Program-made: the position numbers and the translations under genes | In this document: positions 14,621 to 29,696 of the stretch, piece after piece | Numbering within the stretch: the first letter of the stretch is position 1 | Layout: every line of letters starts with the position of its first letter | DNA from: Paraspadella gotoi | Lineage: Eukaryota > Animalia > Chaetognatha | Assembly: GCA_051294375.1 (NCBI GenBank) | Contig: CM119265.1 | Coordinates: 25,444,297 to 25,508,296 of the forward strand | DNA length: 64,000 bases | Reading direction: 5' to 3' | Notes under the pieces: generated by a model | What the model saw: the letters and a program-made list of their open reading frames with translations, nothing else | Told to the model about the DNA's origin: nothing | The model's database searches: none

Positions 14621-16429
14621 CCGCGCGCGGAGAGCCCCCCAACTTTCTCCCCCCAAACAAGAAAAAGTCGCAGAAGACGAAATGTGGGGGTGAAAAACGT
14701 CTGCGGCCCACGGGAGACAGAGGGAAGACCCCCATGGAGTGGTCTTCGGTTGGTCGGGAAGGCGCAGTTTTTTTTTTCTTTTTTATTCTTTTATCCTTCT
14801 TTTCTGTTTTACACTTGGAATAAAGTTTTAAAAGTTTGTATGATTTTTATCTCTTTCTACAAATGTTGAAATTTTCTCGTTTTAGTTTTAAATATATATA
14901 TATTTTTTTCGTTTGTTCCTTTTTAAAATCGCTTTGAATATCTTTGAAAAATCTAAATACTTTTTATTTTTGGTTTGATTCAGGTTCCATCGTAAATAAT
15001 GATTGCTTTTATTATATATTTTTTTCTTTTCTGTTAAGCTTTTTACATTAATCTTGAGCTCAGTTTTGAGTTTTTCTCAATAATGCTGAAAAAAAAAACA
15101 GCTACAGAGCTCAACAAGCGCATCGAATTATTTTCACACAAAAACGAAATCGGGTTTTCGTCTTCAATTGAGAGACGAATCCTTTCCTGACGTCCCGCTC
15201 TCTTTTCCTTTACTCACATTCCCTTTTTTTTTCTTTTTAGAATTCCCGATATTTTTAATGAATAAATTTCATTGCGTTTCTTTCTTTTTTTNNNNNNNNN
15301 NNNNNNNNNNNNNNNNNNNNNNNNNNNNNNNNNNNNNNNNNNNNNNNNNNNNNNNNNNNNNNNNNNNNNNNNNNNNNNNNNNNNNNNNNNNNNNNNNNNN
15401 NNNNNNNNNNNNNNNNNNNNNNNNNNNNNNNNNNNNNNNNNNNNNNNNNNNNNNNNNNNNNNNNNNNNNNNNNNNNNNNNNNNNNNNNNNNNNNNNNNNN
15501 NNNNNNNNNNNNNNNNNNNNNNNNNNNNNNNNNNNNNNNNNNNNNNNNNNNNNNNNNNNNNNNNNNNNNNNNNNNAGAGAGAGAGAGCGAGAGAAGGACG
15601 CAGGAATTTTTTTCTAATACAGAGAAAACTAATCTTCTTCGTCCGATTAAAGTTTTTTTTTAAATTTATTAAATTTCTATTTTATATTGGTTATACCAAC
15701 TTCATACAATGTACAATGTATAATAGTTAATTGATAACCATCTTCCTAGACATAAATGATAAATGTAGTTGCAACATTGTAATGAAAATCATATGCTGTT
15801 CATTTGCCGTCATTTTATTAAAACCTCTAATTTTATAATTGAGACTAGAGTTAGTCAGTCCTTCAGTCAGTCAGTCAGTCTGTGAGACGATGTGGTCATT
15901 AAACTAATCTCACTCAAGTTCTCTGTCTTGTGAAAATTTCAAAAAGGATCGACTGAGATTTCGAGATCTTGTGACTTGAATTTTTNNNNNNNNNNNNNNN
16001 NNNNNNNNNNNNNNNNNNNNNNNNNNNNNNNNNNNNNNNNNNNNNNNNNNNNNNNNNNNNNNAAAAGATTTTAGAAAGAAAAAAATAAAAGAAAAATGGA
16101 GAAAAGAAAAAAAAAGAGAAAAAAGAGAAAAAAAAGAGTAATAAATGAAAGAAAAGAACAGAAGTTAGAAAGGAATGAAAAGATAGGAAAAACATAAATG
16201 AAGGAAGGAAGAAAAAAAAAGTAGAAAGGAGGAAAAGAATAAAAAAAAGAAAGTTAAAAAAAATAGAGAAGAAAGGGAATAAAATATGATAATAGACTAG
16301 GATCTCTTACAAAAAAGTAAATAAAAAAAATAGTAAAGAAAAAAAATTTAAAAAAATAAAAAATAAAAAGATTAAAATGAAAAAGAGAGGTGAAAATATA
16401 TTAAACGTTTAAATTTGACGAAAAATAAA

Positions 16430-17709
16430 GTTTTGTCTTATTTCTATGAAAATATAGAAATAATCTCGTAGCTTAGTTTTCCTTCACGTTAACGTCTTAA
16501 TTCTGTTTTTTATTTGTTGCTGATGTATGCTACTGTATCATTATTTATATGAAATAAAATTCTCATTAAAGAAAGAAGAAATATCGACAAAAAAAAAGAA
16601 AAGCAAAAGAATAAGAGAGAAGAAAATGATGAGATTAAAAAAACCGATGAAAGTAAAGACATCGGAAGCCAAAATGACCCTCGTTGCCAGGCGACCGTAA
16701 ACAACCCCTCGGGCGATCGTTCGACGGAGCTGAGAAACTTCTTTTTTTCCTTCCTCTCGATCTGGGAGCCATCAAGCGGGATGGCAGGTAAAAAGCTTGC
16801 CTCAATAACTGCCTGAAGTAGCTTTTTTTTTAAAAAAACGAGCTTGACCCGAGTTGCTTGGTAGAAAATGAGAAGAGGAAGAGATGAAAGATGGGTACTA
16901 TTTTCCGAAAGTCCCTCGTTTCTGTTCCTGATCGGCAAACTTAATTTCAATCTTAAAGTCTAATCTTAAGCTATTTTTAAACGCATAATAAATCCTTAAC
17001 CTCAATTACTAACCCTAATATATAATACTTAACCCTAATATCTACTTTTAATCCCTAACCTTAATCCCTAATCTTTATTTTCTAATCTTAATTCTTACTT
17101 TATTCCTTAATCCGTAACCTTTTTTTTAAAACCCTAATCGCTAACCTTATTTACTAACCTAATCCTTATCCTTCATCTTAAAACTTGTGTTTAGTCCTAA
17201 AAACAAATTTAATTTTGAATTTAAATTGAAATACGGCGCATTCGGGAAAGAAGGTCGAAAAATAAAAGTCAAAAAGTAAGCTAAGTGTTTCGTAGCGGAA
17301 GAAAGATGTGAAGATGGGAAAAAAATTGTAAGAGATGATAAAATGAAGATGAATGGAATAGAAAATGTAAACGAAAAAAAATAACAACACCGTAAAAAAT
17401 ATAAAAAAGGTAAAGAAAATATTAATGTATAAAAGATTAAAGATTTTTCGAGAGGCTAATTTCACGCCGAGCGAGTCTCAACATTTTTTCAATATTTATA
17501 GTTTTGTCATTCTTTTTTCCTTTTTTTTTTCTAATTCATTGTTAAATAATTCTCTCCTGCTCTCCCGTTATCTACTGTAGAGCCGATTGGACAACAACGA
17601 CAACAAACGAAGAACAACGACAACAATAACGACGGTTATCGACCCTCCACGTTCGTCAGCGAACCTGACAGGACAATGAGGATCCGGCGAAGAAAACGAT
17701 GTCATAATG

Positions 17710-17777
<68 letters not shown>

Positions 17778-18219
17778 CGAGAGGAGAGAGAGACGAGAGA
17801 AACAGCCAGGATAAAACGCTTCCGGAAGACCTGTCTTCTCCCTAATTGACTTCGAAAGAAAGGAGAGAAACAGTAAAAGAAAGGAAAAAAAGGAAAGAAA
17901 GGAAAGAAAGATGAGGTGTGACGTATGGAGTGAGAAATGAAATGGTTTTCAACCGGAAATGAGGAAGAGGAAGAAGGGGAGGAAGAGGAGGAGGGAGAGG
18001 GATGAAGAAGGAAGGAAAGGTAGTGGAGAGGGTAGTGAAGAAATGAAATCTAAACCGCAGATGGCTGAGGAAAGTTTAAAAAGAGCGAGAAAGCCCGCAA
18101 TGTGATCATTGCTTCGCTGCTTAAATTCAACGGACGGCTTTTACGATTTCGATGCGTGAAGATCGTCTTCATTGTTCATATAGATCCATCTGTCCGTCTT
18201 TGGGACTTTTATTCGTTCA
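16430..18219 (+). repeat. ~1.8-kb direct duplication, copy 1 (copy 2 at ~28465-30178)
   Basis: Collinear near-identity with indels. Copy 1 ends at a 25-N gap and copy 2 contains one. Confidence 0.92.
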
Positions 18220-19917
18220 NNNNNNNNNNNNNNNNNNNNNNNNNAGAGAGAGAGAGAGAGAGAAGACACAGGATAAACCGCTCCCGGGAAGAACCTGTCC
18301 CTTTCCCTATTGACTCCGAAAGAAAGGAGAGAAAAAGTAAAAGAAAGGGAAAAAAATGCTCTCAGTTTTTGGGAGCGGCGATGTCCGATGAGGACGATGC
18401 ATTTGAAGAGGGTGTTGATGGACGACGCGTGAAGAGCACGCTCGAGTTATTTGTTGGACTTTTTTTTTGGTTTGTCCTGTGCTGAGGTCGACGGGTAAGA
18501 CTGGACTTGAGTCGATCTGGACTGGTATGCTTCTATCTGAGTGGACGTCTCACTATGGTAAACTCCTATAGTAACTGTGTTTGGGATGTAGTTAAGGGGA
18601 GGGGTGGGCGTGTGGAAAGAAGTTGAGAAAAAAAAAATACGCGAAATTTTAATTAATTGTTGAGTTTTGTCCGTAACTTGCTTTTCCGGTCTCTCTCTCT
18701 AAAATCCCTTTTTCTCTCTCTCCTCTTTCTGCAAGACATCTTGTTCGGGATTCGCGCTCCGGTCATCTTTAGCTTCTTAGATTGGCAATGATCCTTACCT
18801 TGGACCACCGACAAGAGGAATAGGACCGATGAGATCGTAAGGGTCAAGTTGTCCGGGCGATGATAAAAGTGGATCAGGAGAGAGCTCGTCTCAACTTCTT
18901 TTCTACTTCTATACTCGTCACAATCCTCACCTTTTTCCCTTCTACCTTTTTATTTCTCTCTTAAGATTAGAGTTGCAATATTTTACTTTTCGGACTATCC
19001 TTATTTGTTTTTATTTTTTATTTATTTATTTATGAATTTTGATTCATTTGGTTGGAAAAAATTACCTTATTTTTTTGGTTTTATATATTATATTATTGTA
19101 TTTTCGTTTAATATATGGTTTTTGGCAAATTTGGAGTTCGGTCATGAAAAAATACCTATATTTCTTTATGCTGAATATTTAATTGTTATAGTTTTATTTA
19201 TGGATTTTTTAACGTAGTCCACTTAAATGAAATTAGAATTTTTATAATATTGATTTATATTTTTCTTTTATCAACTTTTGATGAGGAGGATCAATTATTC
19301 TGTAATTCAAAAATTAAATTAAGGCCTATTTTTGAAATTTTTTCTGATTTATATAATAGTTACTTTATTTTTATAAAATATAGGCTTTACTTGCAAAAAT
19401 AAAGAACATTAATTTATATTTTTAAAGTTTTTTACAAATTAATGTTCCACTGATGGTATGTTGTTTCATAATTGCGAGACATTTAGAATTTTCGTAATTT
19501 AACTTTCACTTCCGCCGATTCCTTCTATTCTTACATGCTATATTTTGAAAATTGTTTTATAAATTTATGAAGGGGCTGAAACTAAATAATTCCACCTATA
19601 CCTTAATTAATCACAATATTTATTTATTCTATTTAAAGTTTTTTGTTTTTTTTATTTATTTAATTTTGCTTTTTTCGTCTTCTACAATCCTTTTCTTCTC
19701 TCCTTCCCTTCCTCTTCTCTCCCTAACTCTGAAGTTGCATGAAAGAGGGTAATGGATGACGAGACCGAGAGAAACTTTTGAAGGCGAGCTGGTATGATGG
19801 CGTCTGTTGGGAAGGTTGAAGGTGATGGAGTTCGGGGCCGTTCGTTTCGCCGTATATGTGAGTGTGTACGCTATGGAAATGGGTCCTTGCTCTAATATCA
19901 CTTCCAAAATACTTACG

Positions 19918-20135
19918 TTATTATTATTATTATTATTATTTAATTATTATTATTTTAATATTTATTTATATTATATTATTAATTATTATATTATTATTAT
20001 TATCACTAATAATTATTTTATTATTATTATTAATTATGTATTATTATTATTATTATTATTTTATTTATTTTATTAATTATTTATTTATGCACTAATATTA
20101 TTATTATTATATTATTTTATTATTATTATTTATCT

Positions 20136-20167
<32 letters not shown>

Positions 20168-20210
20168 ATTATTATTATTTATTATTATTATTATATTGAT
20201 TGTTATTATA
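19918..20210. repeat. (ATT)n imperfect microsatellite
   Basis: Direct reading. Confidence 0.95.
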
Positions 20211-20566
20211 TCCATCATCAATTCATTATAGAATTATTTACATTCTCGATTCTCATTAATATTTTTTTATTTTCTTCGCCTCCATTACTTTTTGTCATTT
20301 CTCTGACGTCTATATCTATCTGGCTTAATTGAGCCGAGTTCACAATGACCCGTGGCAGCTGTTGTGTTGCGACTTTGTTTCTTTTAGCTTTTAGTTTTCT
20401 TCGTCATTAGTCTCGTCTTCTCTCTCTTTCGTCTCTCTCTCTCTCTCTCTGTTTCTTTTTTTTCTTTTTTATCTTTCTCCCTTTTTCGTTTTCTTCGCTC
20501 CTCTTCTCTCTCTGCTCATCTCTCTCGTCTCTCTATAACTGAATCTGGCTCTAACAATAACGCACA

Positions 20567-21200
20567 TTAGACTAACCCGTAAAAGGCGAAAGGCGTATAT
20601 AAATAAGTCAAAGAGGGAAGTACAACGATATTGTCATGAGGGCGCCGTTTGTATTGTGCTCTTGACGTATTCTCTGGGGATGAACGCATCTTGTTGGCGT
20701 CAATGGAATCACAGAGGCAAAATGTTCCTATGAAAGTGTCTTCTTCGTAAAACTTATCACACAACAGTGTTACTTTCCCTACGCCACGGGGAGGCATATG
20801 TCGCTGAATAGCTCCAAAATCACCGCCCAAGTTGCTAGAACTCGGAAATCCGCCATTGCTAACATGTAATCACATTGGCTGGTGATGCAGCCCACAAACC
20901 AACTGTCTCGCATCAATTGTATCCTTGTAGGGCTTTAAAAGTTAAGCAAGCAGCTAATGACCGCTCAAAAACCGGATAGCATTCCTCATTAAGATTGGAA
21001 AGGATGGTGGTAAATTCCGACTGCTTACAGTTTGCCAGGGCGCGTTTCTATTTGGCTCGCAAATATTTATCTATATATAGTTGTTTTATTTAAGCCCTTA
21101 ATATTTGTCTCCTCTAAGTAAAGTATGTCACCTTTGTGCATCCGATCAAAGGCCCAATTTGACACTTACCCTGGGCCTGAGCCTTGTACTTCGATTATTC
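20567..21200 (-). CDS. Putative Cys-rich gene fragment with short introns (unidentified, error-prone)
   Basis: Phase-0 GT-AG joins give QGKCQIGPLIGCTK|INICEPNRNAPWQT|PYKDT...LLCDKFYEEDTFIGTFCLCDSID followed by a hydrophobic tail. In-frame stops are present. Confidence 0.3.
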
Positions 21201-21983
21201 TCTCAAACGTTTTCAGCGATTGGCCACTCCTTGCAGACAGCCACAATTCTGTGCCATTGCCTGAAGGGCGGGAAGGTCGTTCGACGGGGCAGTGGAGTCG
21301 CGGACGACGGCATGTTGGAAGATGAATTTGACTTTAGTCCCGACGAGTGAATTGAGGACGTGGGCCGAAAGAAGCGAATGATCGCCACGACGAACGGATG
21401 CTTCGGAATGGGAGAGCATCGGAGGACTGAAGGCTGGCAGTGATGAATCATGATCATGACGTCACGGTTGTGAGGTAGTAGAGAACGCGTCGTTGAATGA
21501 TAGGCTGGAAGGTTTTGGGGGGGGCGCTATAGTTTGCCTATTTGTGTAAATGAAACGACGTGACATTGACCTTTTGAATTGTAAGTCGACATCTCTCTCT
21601 CTTCTCTCTTCTCTCTCTCCCTTAAACAATTTTTAAAAAACCTTGACGCAGTAGATTTTTTTTTTTTTATGTTGTCGCGTTTTTACTTTCTTTGACCTTT
21701 TTTTTCATGAGCCATAAACTAAAATAACATCGAACAACTTTAATTGTATTTCTTTCAATTTTGAGAGGTAAAGAATTAAAACCTTTTTTTCCTTTATCGT
21801 GTTTATTTTGATTCTCTCACTCTACTATCTCTCTCTTCTCATGCCTTTTATTCTCTCCTCTCTTCATTACATTTTCTAGTATTTGGTACTCTTCTCGTCT
21901 TCCTTCTCTCTTTCTCATCTGCTTATCTACTCTCCTCCTTAGTATTGATTAATATCTCTCCTTCTCTCATCATCTTCTCTCAT

Positions 21984-22030
<47 letters not shown>

Positions 22031-23833
22031 CAGAAGTAGTATTGCCATGCGAAATCATATATTTTTACTGATGGAGAATATATCATTCATAAACTAAAAA
22101 AATTGTAATCGATCCACCCAAAAAGTTTCATATGTAATTTAATATAAGCGGTGTGCATTGCTCTCCAGTGCAAAACCCGGATGTTAAGAGCGAAAATTAA
22201 ACCACGAGGCCCTGCCTTGGCGGCAGAAGCCGATTGTATGAGCGGCGCAGATCCGATCTCCACTCGAAAGAATGTAGGACAGGTTGAGTGAAGTTGATGC
22301 TTGGACGCGTTGGCGAATCGTTGAAAGGGTTGAGTCTCTCGATTTCGACGGAGAGTTGCAAAGGCCTCGCCGTAGCCTCAACGAATTTGCCGATTGTTCG
22401 TCATTGCTTTTGCTTCAATTTCTCGGTTTTCACTCGGAATTTTGTATTGGCGCCAAGAATCGTTCACCTAAAGTTAATATAAATATATACTTGTCTGTTG
22501 GGGCGACGGGCGGTGGAGGAGAAGTTCACCGATTCGGGCGGCTCGACAGCGACAGGGGTTGCGGTTCGCCAGGAGGGTCGGTGAATCCGGGCGCACTGCC
22601 CAGTAAGCCAACAGTGAGATGGCCCCCCATCCAAAATGGCATCAAGAGCAACCCGTGATTTAACTTTTAAATAGTTACGTGAGGTCGAGACTTGTTTAAT
22701 ATTTCATGAAATTCGAATTGTGATACCACACTTACCTGTGACTGGTTGAGTACCAAACGAAAGAATAAAGCGGTGGAGTTCTTCTACACTATTTAATTCC
22801 CCTTATTACTTGTATATGGATTATTGGTTTTGTGAGTTTAGTCTTATAGAATGCTCACTCGCCATTAACCCGCTGAGGTGTTGATCGATGGGGGAAAATT
22901 AGTATATTTACAAAGTTTTACAAATTCTATATCTTATTTGTGGATGAACTTGTTTTATTTATTAATTTAAAAAAGTAACTACGTTAAGAGACCTTCAAGA
23001 TGCGTCTCATCAAGGCAAGACGCTTGAAGTGCATATCCTCAATTCCTCCGAGTTGACATGCAATTCTTGCTCTGACTTTGCGTTCGTGCATGCACTGTGC
23101 TTGGATCGGTCTGGTCAGTCGGTCGGCAGCGTGGGCCGGAGGCCGGAGGTGTCTTGATCTGGTATTCCGAAATGTCTAAATGTTTGTCGGTATCTGCCCT
23201 TTTCTCTCATCGAGTGGCGTTTCAGATGTTTCGGTTGTCAGGTTTTGCATAAGATTCGGGAAGAAGCGATTTCTCTTTCTCCTGAGTGACTACCATACTC
23301 TACCTATCATTCTCGGGCTTTCATTTCTCTCTCTATTCGTTCTTGATCTATTCTCTTCATCTTCTACTCTATTCTTCTTTCATTCTTCTTCGGTTTTGTT
23401 CTCAGGGGTCTTTCATCTCTCTGTCTCTTCGTCTTCATCTCTACTGTTATCTCGCCTTCTTCTTTCATCTTTTATTTATTCGCTCTATTAGCTCTATTTT
23501 CCCAATGCAGAGACAACGTAGTCGATATATGTATAATAAAGAAAGAAAAAATAGGGATTCGAAAATATGACGGGTGGCGATGACGGAACTCCTATGAAAA
23601 AAGTCTGACTATTGTCCCCCTACGGAGTTCAATTCGTGGGAATGTTTAGATGGCCTGTTGTATATTGTTTTATTGGGTGACTTTGTATATATTTTATGAT
23701 TGAGTAGATTAATAGAATTAAGTTTTTATTAACGTAATAAAAAAGAGTCCGAATGGCGTTCGGATTCGTTAAGTGATCTTGCGGGTTGAGTTGAATTACT
23801 GTGACTGACCAAAAAAACCGGTTTTCTAAGTTT

Positions 23834-23866
<33 letters not shown>

Positions 23867-25825
23867 CGAGAGAAAAGAAGAGAGAGAGATTAGCTATAGA
23901 GAGGAGGGTAGAGAGAGAGGAGAGATGTATGAGTAGAGGATGTCTGAGTATAGATGAGAGTATGATGGAAGAGAATTTCAGACGAGGGAAGACGCGGAGT
24001 AAACAGGAATTCGATATTATATCAGCTTTGTTCCGTCTGACGGTGGTTCCCAAATTATTCTTTTTTTTTCCAATTTTGGAGTTTTGTCTGGCGAAGATAA
24101 CTTTTTTTCAAATACGCCTCTCGAGCGGTATATGAGTCGTCTTAGGTAGGAGAAGGTAAATAAATAATTAAACCTTGATCTATGTTTCTGATGCTGGACT
24201 TTATCGTTTTATTGGTAAAGTTGGTTCTTTTTTCTCTCTACTATATTTTTTTATGAAACTATGTTTATAATCCTCGATATCCCTTAGAAAGGAGACGACG
24301 CCTATCTTAATCCTAATTAATAGGGTTGAGTTATTAAGAGGAGGAGGAGGAGGGGGGGAGGATAGCTATGCTACACGGATCTCACAGAGCAACGAAGGTC
24401 CAAGGCGAGGCAGAAGGGGATAATAGGGGGACGAGGAGAGGAAAGGGAGTTGTAGACCTGGTGAGAGCGAGTGTGCAAGGAGAGAGCCAGACTCTGGGGA
24501 GCAATCGCAGCGTTCGTGCATGTCAGAGAAATGAGAGTCAGAAGTTGAGTGGGGAGACACTGAAGGGGGAAAGAGAGATGGGGAAGAGGAGGATCAATAG
24601 AGACTGAGACTCTCATGTAAATGATTATTTGAGTAATGGAAAAAAATTTCAAAAACCTTCACGGTTGGTAGAAATTAGGCTTGCCTGTAGTGAATATAGG
24701 CGATCTGGACGACAAGTAAATTACAATCGGTTGAGATGTAGGTGTAAAAGTCCGTGTTCTGGTTGGTTTCCGGGCAATGGTGATAGCAATCAACTGGTGA
24801 GGGGGACTGAAAAGTAAGAGAGGAAGGATAAGGCGCGTGAGCGAGAATTCGTGCGAGAGAATCTGTCAGAACGTCTGAGAAGAGTTGCCAAGGTGATTTA
24901 AGGTAATCATCTTTCTAGTGAAGCGGGCGCCGATCGAGCATTATAGTATTTGGACTTGTTACTAAATAACTTGAGTAAGGGGAAAAAAAAAAATATCAAG
25001 AACGGAAAATTCAAATGTGTGTGGGTGCCGCCGCAGTAGACTGGTTATAGTCGCGTCTTTTTAAATTCTTTATGATGGGTCAATAGATTTACGGAAGGCT
25101 GGCGCGAGCCAGTCACTTAGATTTTGAGTTTTTTTTTTTTTCTGTTTTTATACAAGAGCAATTACGGCGTACGAGATAGACGAGTTATGACATTGGTGGT
25201 AAGAGCAAGAAGTGTGTTTGCAAGAGGACGTTGCGTGGCAGGCGCGGAGAGTACTGAGCGCGGGGGGGCCGAAGTGACGTGGAGGCGATCACTGGGGAGG
25301 GTGGGGAGGAAGGCCCCGACGAAGAGGCCAAACAGTGAGATGCTCGCTTAACTCAATGGGCATGAGCACAGGCAACGGCGGGCCGGTATGCCATAAGAGT
25401 CAGGAGTCATGAGAATTGAAACCAAAAGATGAAGACTGTTAAACGTAAACGCGTAAAGAGGCGGGGGAATTACGCAATCAAAAACATTGAGAGTATTCAG
25501 AAACAAATAAAAACAACTGAGCAAGCAAAACAAAATGAGCAAAAATTCTATATGACTAAGGGACAAGGGGACAAGGGACAAGCAAACTCACGCTGGACGG
25601 TGAATATAAACTCAGCCATTATTTCGAATTTGGGGCAATTCGGAGGATATTTCGATCTTTGTTCCAGGTGTAACTTACACGAAACATCAATTGATTTCAC
25701 TGGAGGAAAACATTTTGGGTAAAATTTGTTCACAATCTCTCACTCACTGTCAAACGTTATCTCGTTATCGGGAATCTGTCTCTCTCGTCATCCTCATCTA
25801 CTCTCTCTGCTTCTCTCTCTTCTCT

Positions 25826-25858
<33 letters not shown>

Positions 25859-25989
25859 GCTCTCTCTCCTAATCAAACTGAAAAAGTTTTTCCCTCCAAA
25901 AAAGAACGCCGTGATGAAAATCTATCGTCAACATCTGAAGGATGGATGTGGCTCCTAAAATGAGCGAGAGAGAGAGAGAGAGAGAGAGA

Positions 25990-26041
<52 letters not shown>

Positions 26042-26918
26042 CTGAAGTTTTTCTTGATTTCCGTAAAAAAAAATGTTGTAGATGTGTAAATTTTAAGAAA
26101 TTGGGATAAAGAACGTGTCCGGGTCGGAGAGATTCAGTTGTTGAGGTCTCGAATAGATCATTTGCTAAAGCGGTGTGTATTGAATCGCGAATGATTGCAG
26201 TCGGATGTGTGTTTGAGGTAGTTTCACTATAAAACCCGGCGGTTTTGAAATATAATAAAATTCCTCAAATCCTTCTTGTTTAACTCTTTTTTAATTATAA
26301 GCCCAGACAATTGTTTAATTTGAATAATTCCCAAACGATGTATCCGGGTCCCTTTTTTTTCCTCTTTTTTTTAATTTTTAAAAATCCAGTATATTAATAA
26401 TGATTATAAAAATTAAACAAAACTTGGAAAACCCGTATATTTCCAATTTTAAAGTATTAAAAAATAAAAAAGTACAAGTGGTTAGATCATAAGGACGAAC
26501 TGGCGCGAGTAAGTTGGGTAAAAGGCTTTTTCGGCTCGGTGCGAAAGCGAAGATTTTTTTTCTACTCTTCGCGGAAAGTGGGAAAAAAAAAAGGTAAGAA
26601 ATGAAATGACCTTTTTGAATTCGATAAAAAAAAAAAAGTTTTCTTTTTTTTCTTTTTGCAATCACGGAAGCTCCTTCTGTTTGCACGTTCCCAATTCGGC
26701 GGATGCAGTGTCTGCGTTCGTCCACGCGATTGAACAAGTGGCGCTGATTCTTCTCGACAAGAACAACGAATCGATCCGACGGAAGTGAGAATTAAGTAGA
26801 GGAATGAAGTGCCGATACCAATAAGATGAGAACAGAACTACGGTTACAAGAAAGGATTGTTCATCGATTTATTGTGATTGGTTATTTTTTTTATTTCTTT
26901 GGGGGGTCGGGTATGTGT

Positions 26919-27005
<87 letters not shown>

Positions 27006-28464
27006 ATCAAACACTGTCTCTTCTTTACCCGCACTCTACAAGAGGACGAATACCTTATGTTGAGGAGCTTTAGTTTTCCAGAGGAATAGTTTTATCTCAC
27101 TCTCGAGATCTTTGATACTTCAGCTCAGATGATGATAATGAGATAAAGTCGAAGTGGAAGGTGAAAGCAAATCCCTACGATTTATGCCTTTTCTTTGTGA
27201 TCCTCTCTCTCATCTGTCTCGGTTGTTTGGGTCTCTCTCTCTCTCCTCCTCTCTCTCTCTCTCTCTCCTCTCATCTCCATCTCTCTCTCTTGTCATTCTC
27301 TGCAAGTAATCTTTCTCTATACTTTCTGTATTGGGTCTCATTCATATTCGTCTCGTCTTTCATTCTCCTCTCTTTCTCGTCTATTTTTTTTTTTCCTTTT
27401 TTATTGTGGGTATGGCTTTCTCTCTCACTGCTCTCAATTCTGTTGAGCTTGCTCCCAGTATTTATTCCTCTTTCAAAACGGTAATTCATATCTTTCTCGA
27501 ACAGGAATATATAACAGTGGCAAAGTAAAATTTCGGAAATTTCAGCCGCCTTCTTATTTCAAATTGAAATGCCAAAATAGCGTTTTCTCTTCCTTTTTCA
27601 GAAATGGAGGGCAAGGTGTGAAGGTTAGCGTCCAGGGTTTCACTCACTGATACGTTTTTCTTTCTAAATTTTTGATCTATTGGTTCACATACATGTCCTT
27701 GTGGTGATATTTTTATTTTAAGAGGGGTTTGGGATTTTTTAAGCTCTTAGCGATGTTCTTTTCGAAATATCCTTACCTTGGGTCTTGTGACTTAACCAGA
27801 AAAGTGCTATTTGGTAATTTGTAGTAATTAAAATAGTTAATAATAATGACCAACCGTTTTGGGTCTGGACGATGACGTACGACGACGACGAACAAAAACT
27901 ACTATTACGAGACATCTCCCCTCGAACACAACAAATTCAACTTAAAAAAAAAAAATGTCATCTCCAAAAATAACAAGAAAACGGCAGACCGACAGATGGC
28001 AGATGGGTGATTCTCATGGAAGATTTATTCGTCACATATTCGTGTGAATAGCACTTGGTGTGGCGACGGAAAGAGAAGAGACGCCAAAACTCGAGTCGAG
28101 GCCACGGAAAAAAAGTTTTTAACGTGAAAGAAGAGGAAATAAAGAGAATTGGAAATTATCCTTCCTTTTTTTTTTTTGGCTTCATGAAATCGTATGAAAT
28201 GTGAGCCCTTCTTCTTTCCGTTTTTTTGTTGTTGAAGGGCAGAGAAAAAGGCGTGACTATGACCCTGAATTTTGTGAGTGATTTTTGTTGAAGGGGGGTT
28301 TATTAGGTTGTGGGGTCGGGAGTATAGTGGTTGTGGTGGTTGAGGGGGTGAGGGGTAGGTTAAATGGGGGTTTGTGACTTGTCAGAGGTAGATCTCTTGC
28401 GATGTCGTAAGGTTTATTTTTTAGTTCTGTGGGGTGATAGTATTTTAGGTTTTTGAGTTTATAA

Positions 28465-29623
28465 GAGTTTTGTTTATTTAATGAATATTGATATTCGTAG
28501 TTACGTTTTTTCACGTTAGTTTATTGTTTTTTAAATTTGTTGTGTATTATGCTATTGTTATATTTATAATAGATATTTCATTAAAGAAAGGATATGACAA
28601 AAAAAAGGAGCAGAATAGAGAGAAGAAAATATGAGATTAAAAAGATGTGAAGAGTAAAGAATCGGACAATGACTGTTGCAGAGAAGTAAATCGGGGATCC
28701 GTTTGATGGAAGCTTGAGAAATTTTTTTTTCTTTCGATCTGGGAGATAAGGGGATGGAGGTAAAGCTTGTAATAACTGTGAAGTTTTTTTTTTTTAAAAC
28801 GAGATTGAACCGAGTTTGCCTTGGTAGAAATGAGAAAAGAGGAGAGATGAAGATGGGTACTAATTTTGAAAGTGTTTTTTGTTACTGATCGGAACTTAAT
28901 TTCAATCTTAAAAGTCTAAATCTTAAGCTATTTTTAAAACGCATAATAAATCTTACATCATATATAACCTATATATAATATTAATATATCTACTTTTAAT
29001 CCTACCTTAATCTAATTTTATTTTTAATCCTTATTCTATTTATTCCTTAAATCCGTAACCTTTTTTTATAAACCCTAATGCTAAAACCTTATTTACTTAA
29101 CTAATCTTATCCTCATCCTTAAAACTTGTGTTAGTCTAAAAAAACAAATTTAATTTTGAAATTTAAAATTGAAATAACGGCGCATTCGGGAAAAAGAAGT
29201 CGAAATAAAAAGTCAAAAGTAAGCTAAGTGTTTGTAGCGGAAGAATATGAGATGGGAAATTGTTAAGAGATGATAAATGAAGATGGAATGGGATAGAAAT
29301 GTAAATGAAAAAAATAACAAACCGTAAAAAATTAAAAGTAAAAGAATATTAATGTATAAAGATTAGATTTTTTCGAGAGGACTAATTTCACGCGAGCGAT
29401 TCTCAACATTTTTTTTCAATATTTATGTTGTCATTCTTTTTTCTTTTTTTTTTTTCATTCATTGTTAAATATTCTCTCCTGCTCTCCGTTAATCTACGTA
29501 GGCCGATTGGAACAACAACGGACAACAAACGAAGACACGACAACAATAAGAGTTATCGACCCTCCACGTTTCGTGTGCGCGACCTGGACAGGATGGATCG
29601 GCGAAGAAAACGATGTCATAATG

Positions 29624-29696
<73 letters not shown>

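Noticed and set aside
24366-25722. Coding-like minus-strand stretch
   Set aside because: No consistent frame or recognisable motif could be assembled; possibly a noisy gene but unsupported.
26606-26788. Exon-like segment ending in GTGAG
   Set aside because: No clear acceptor, partner exon or family motif.
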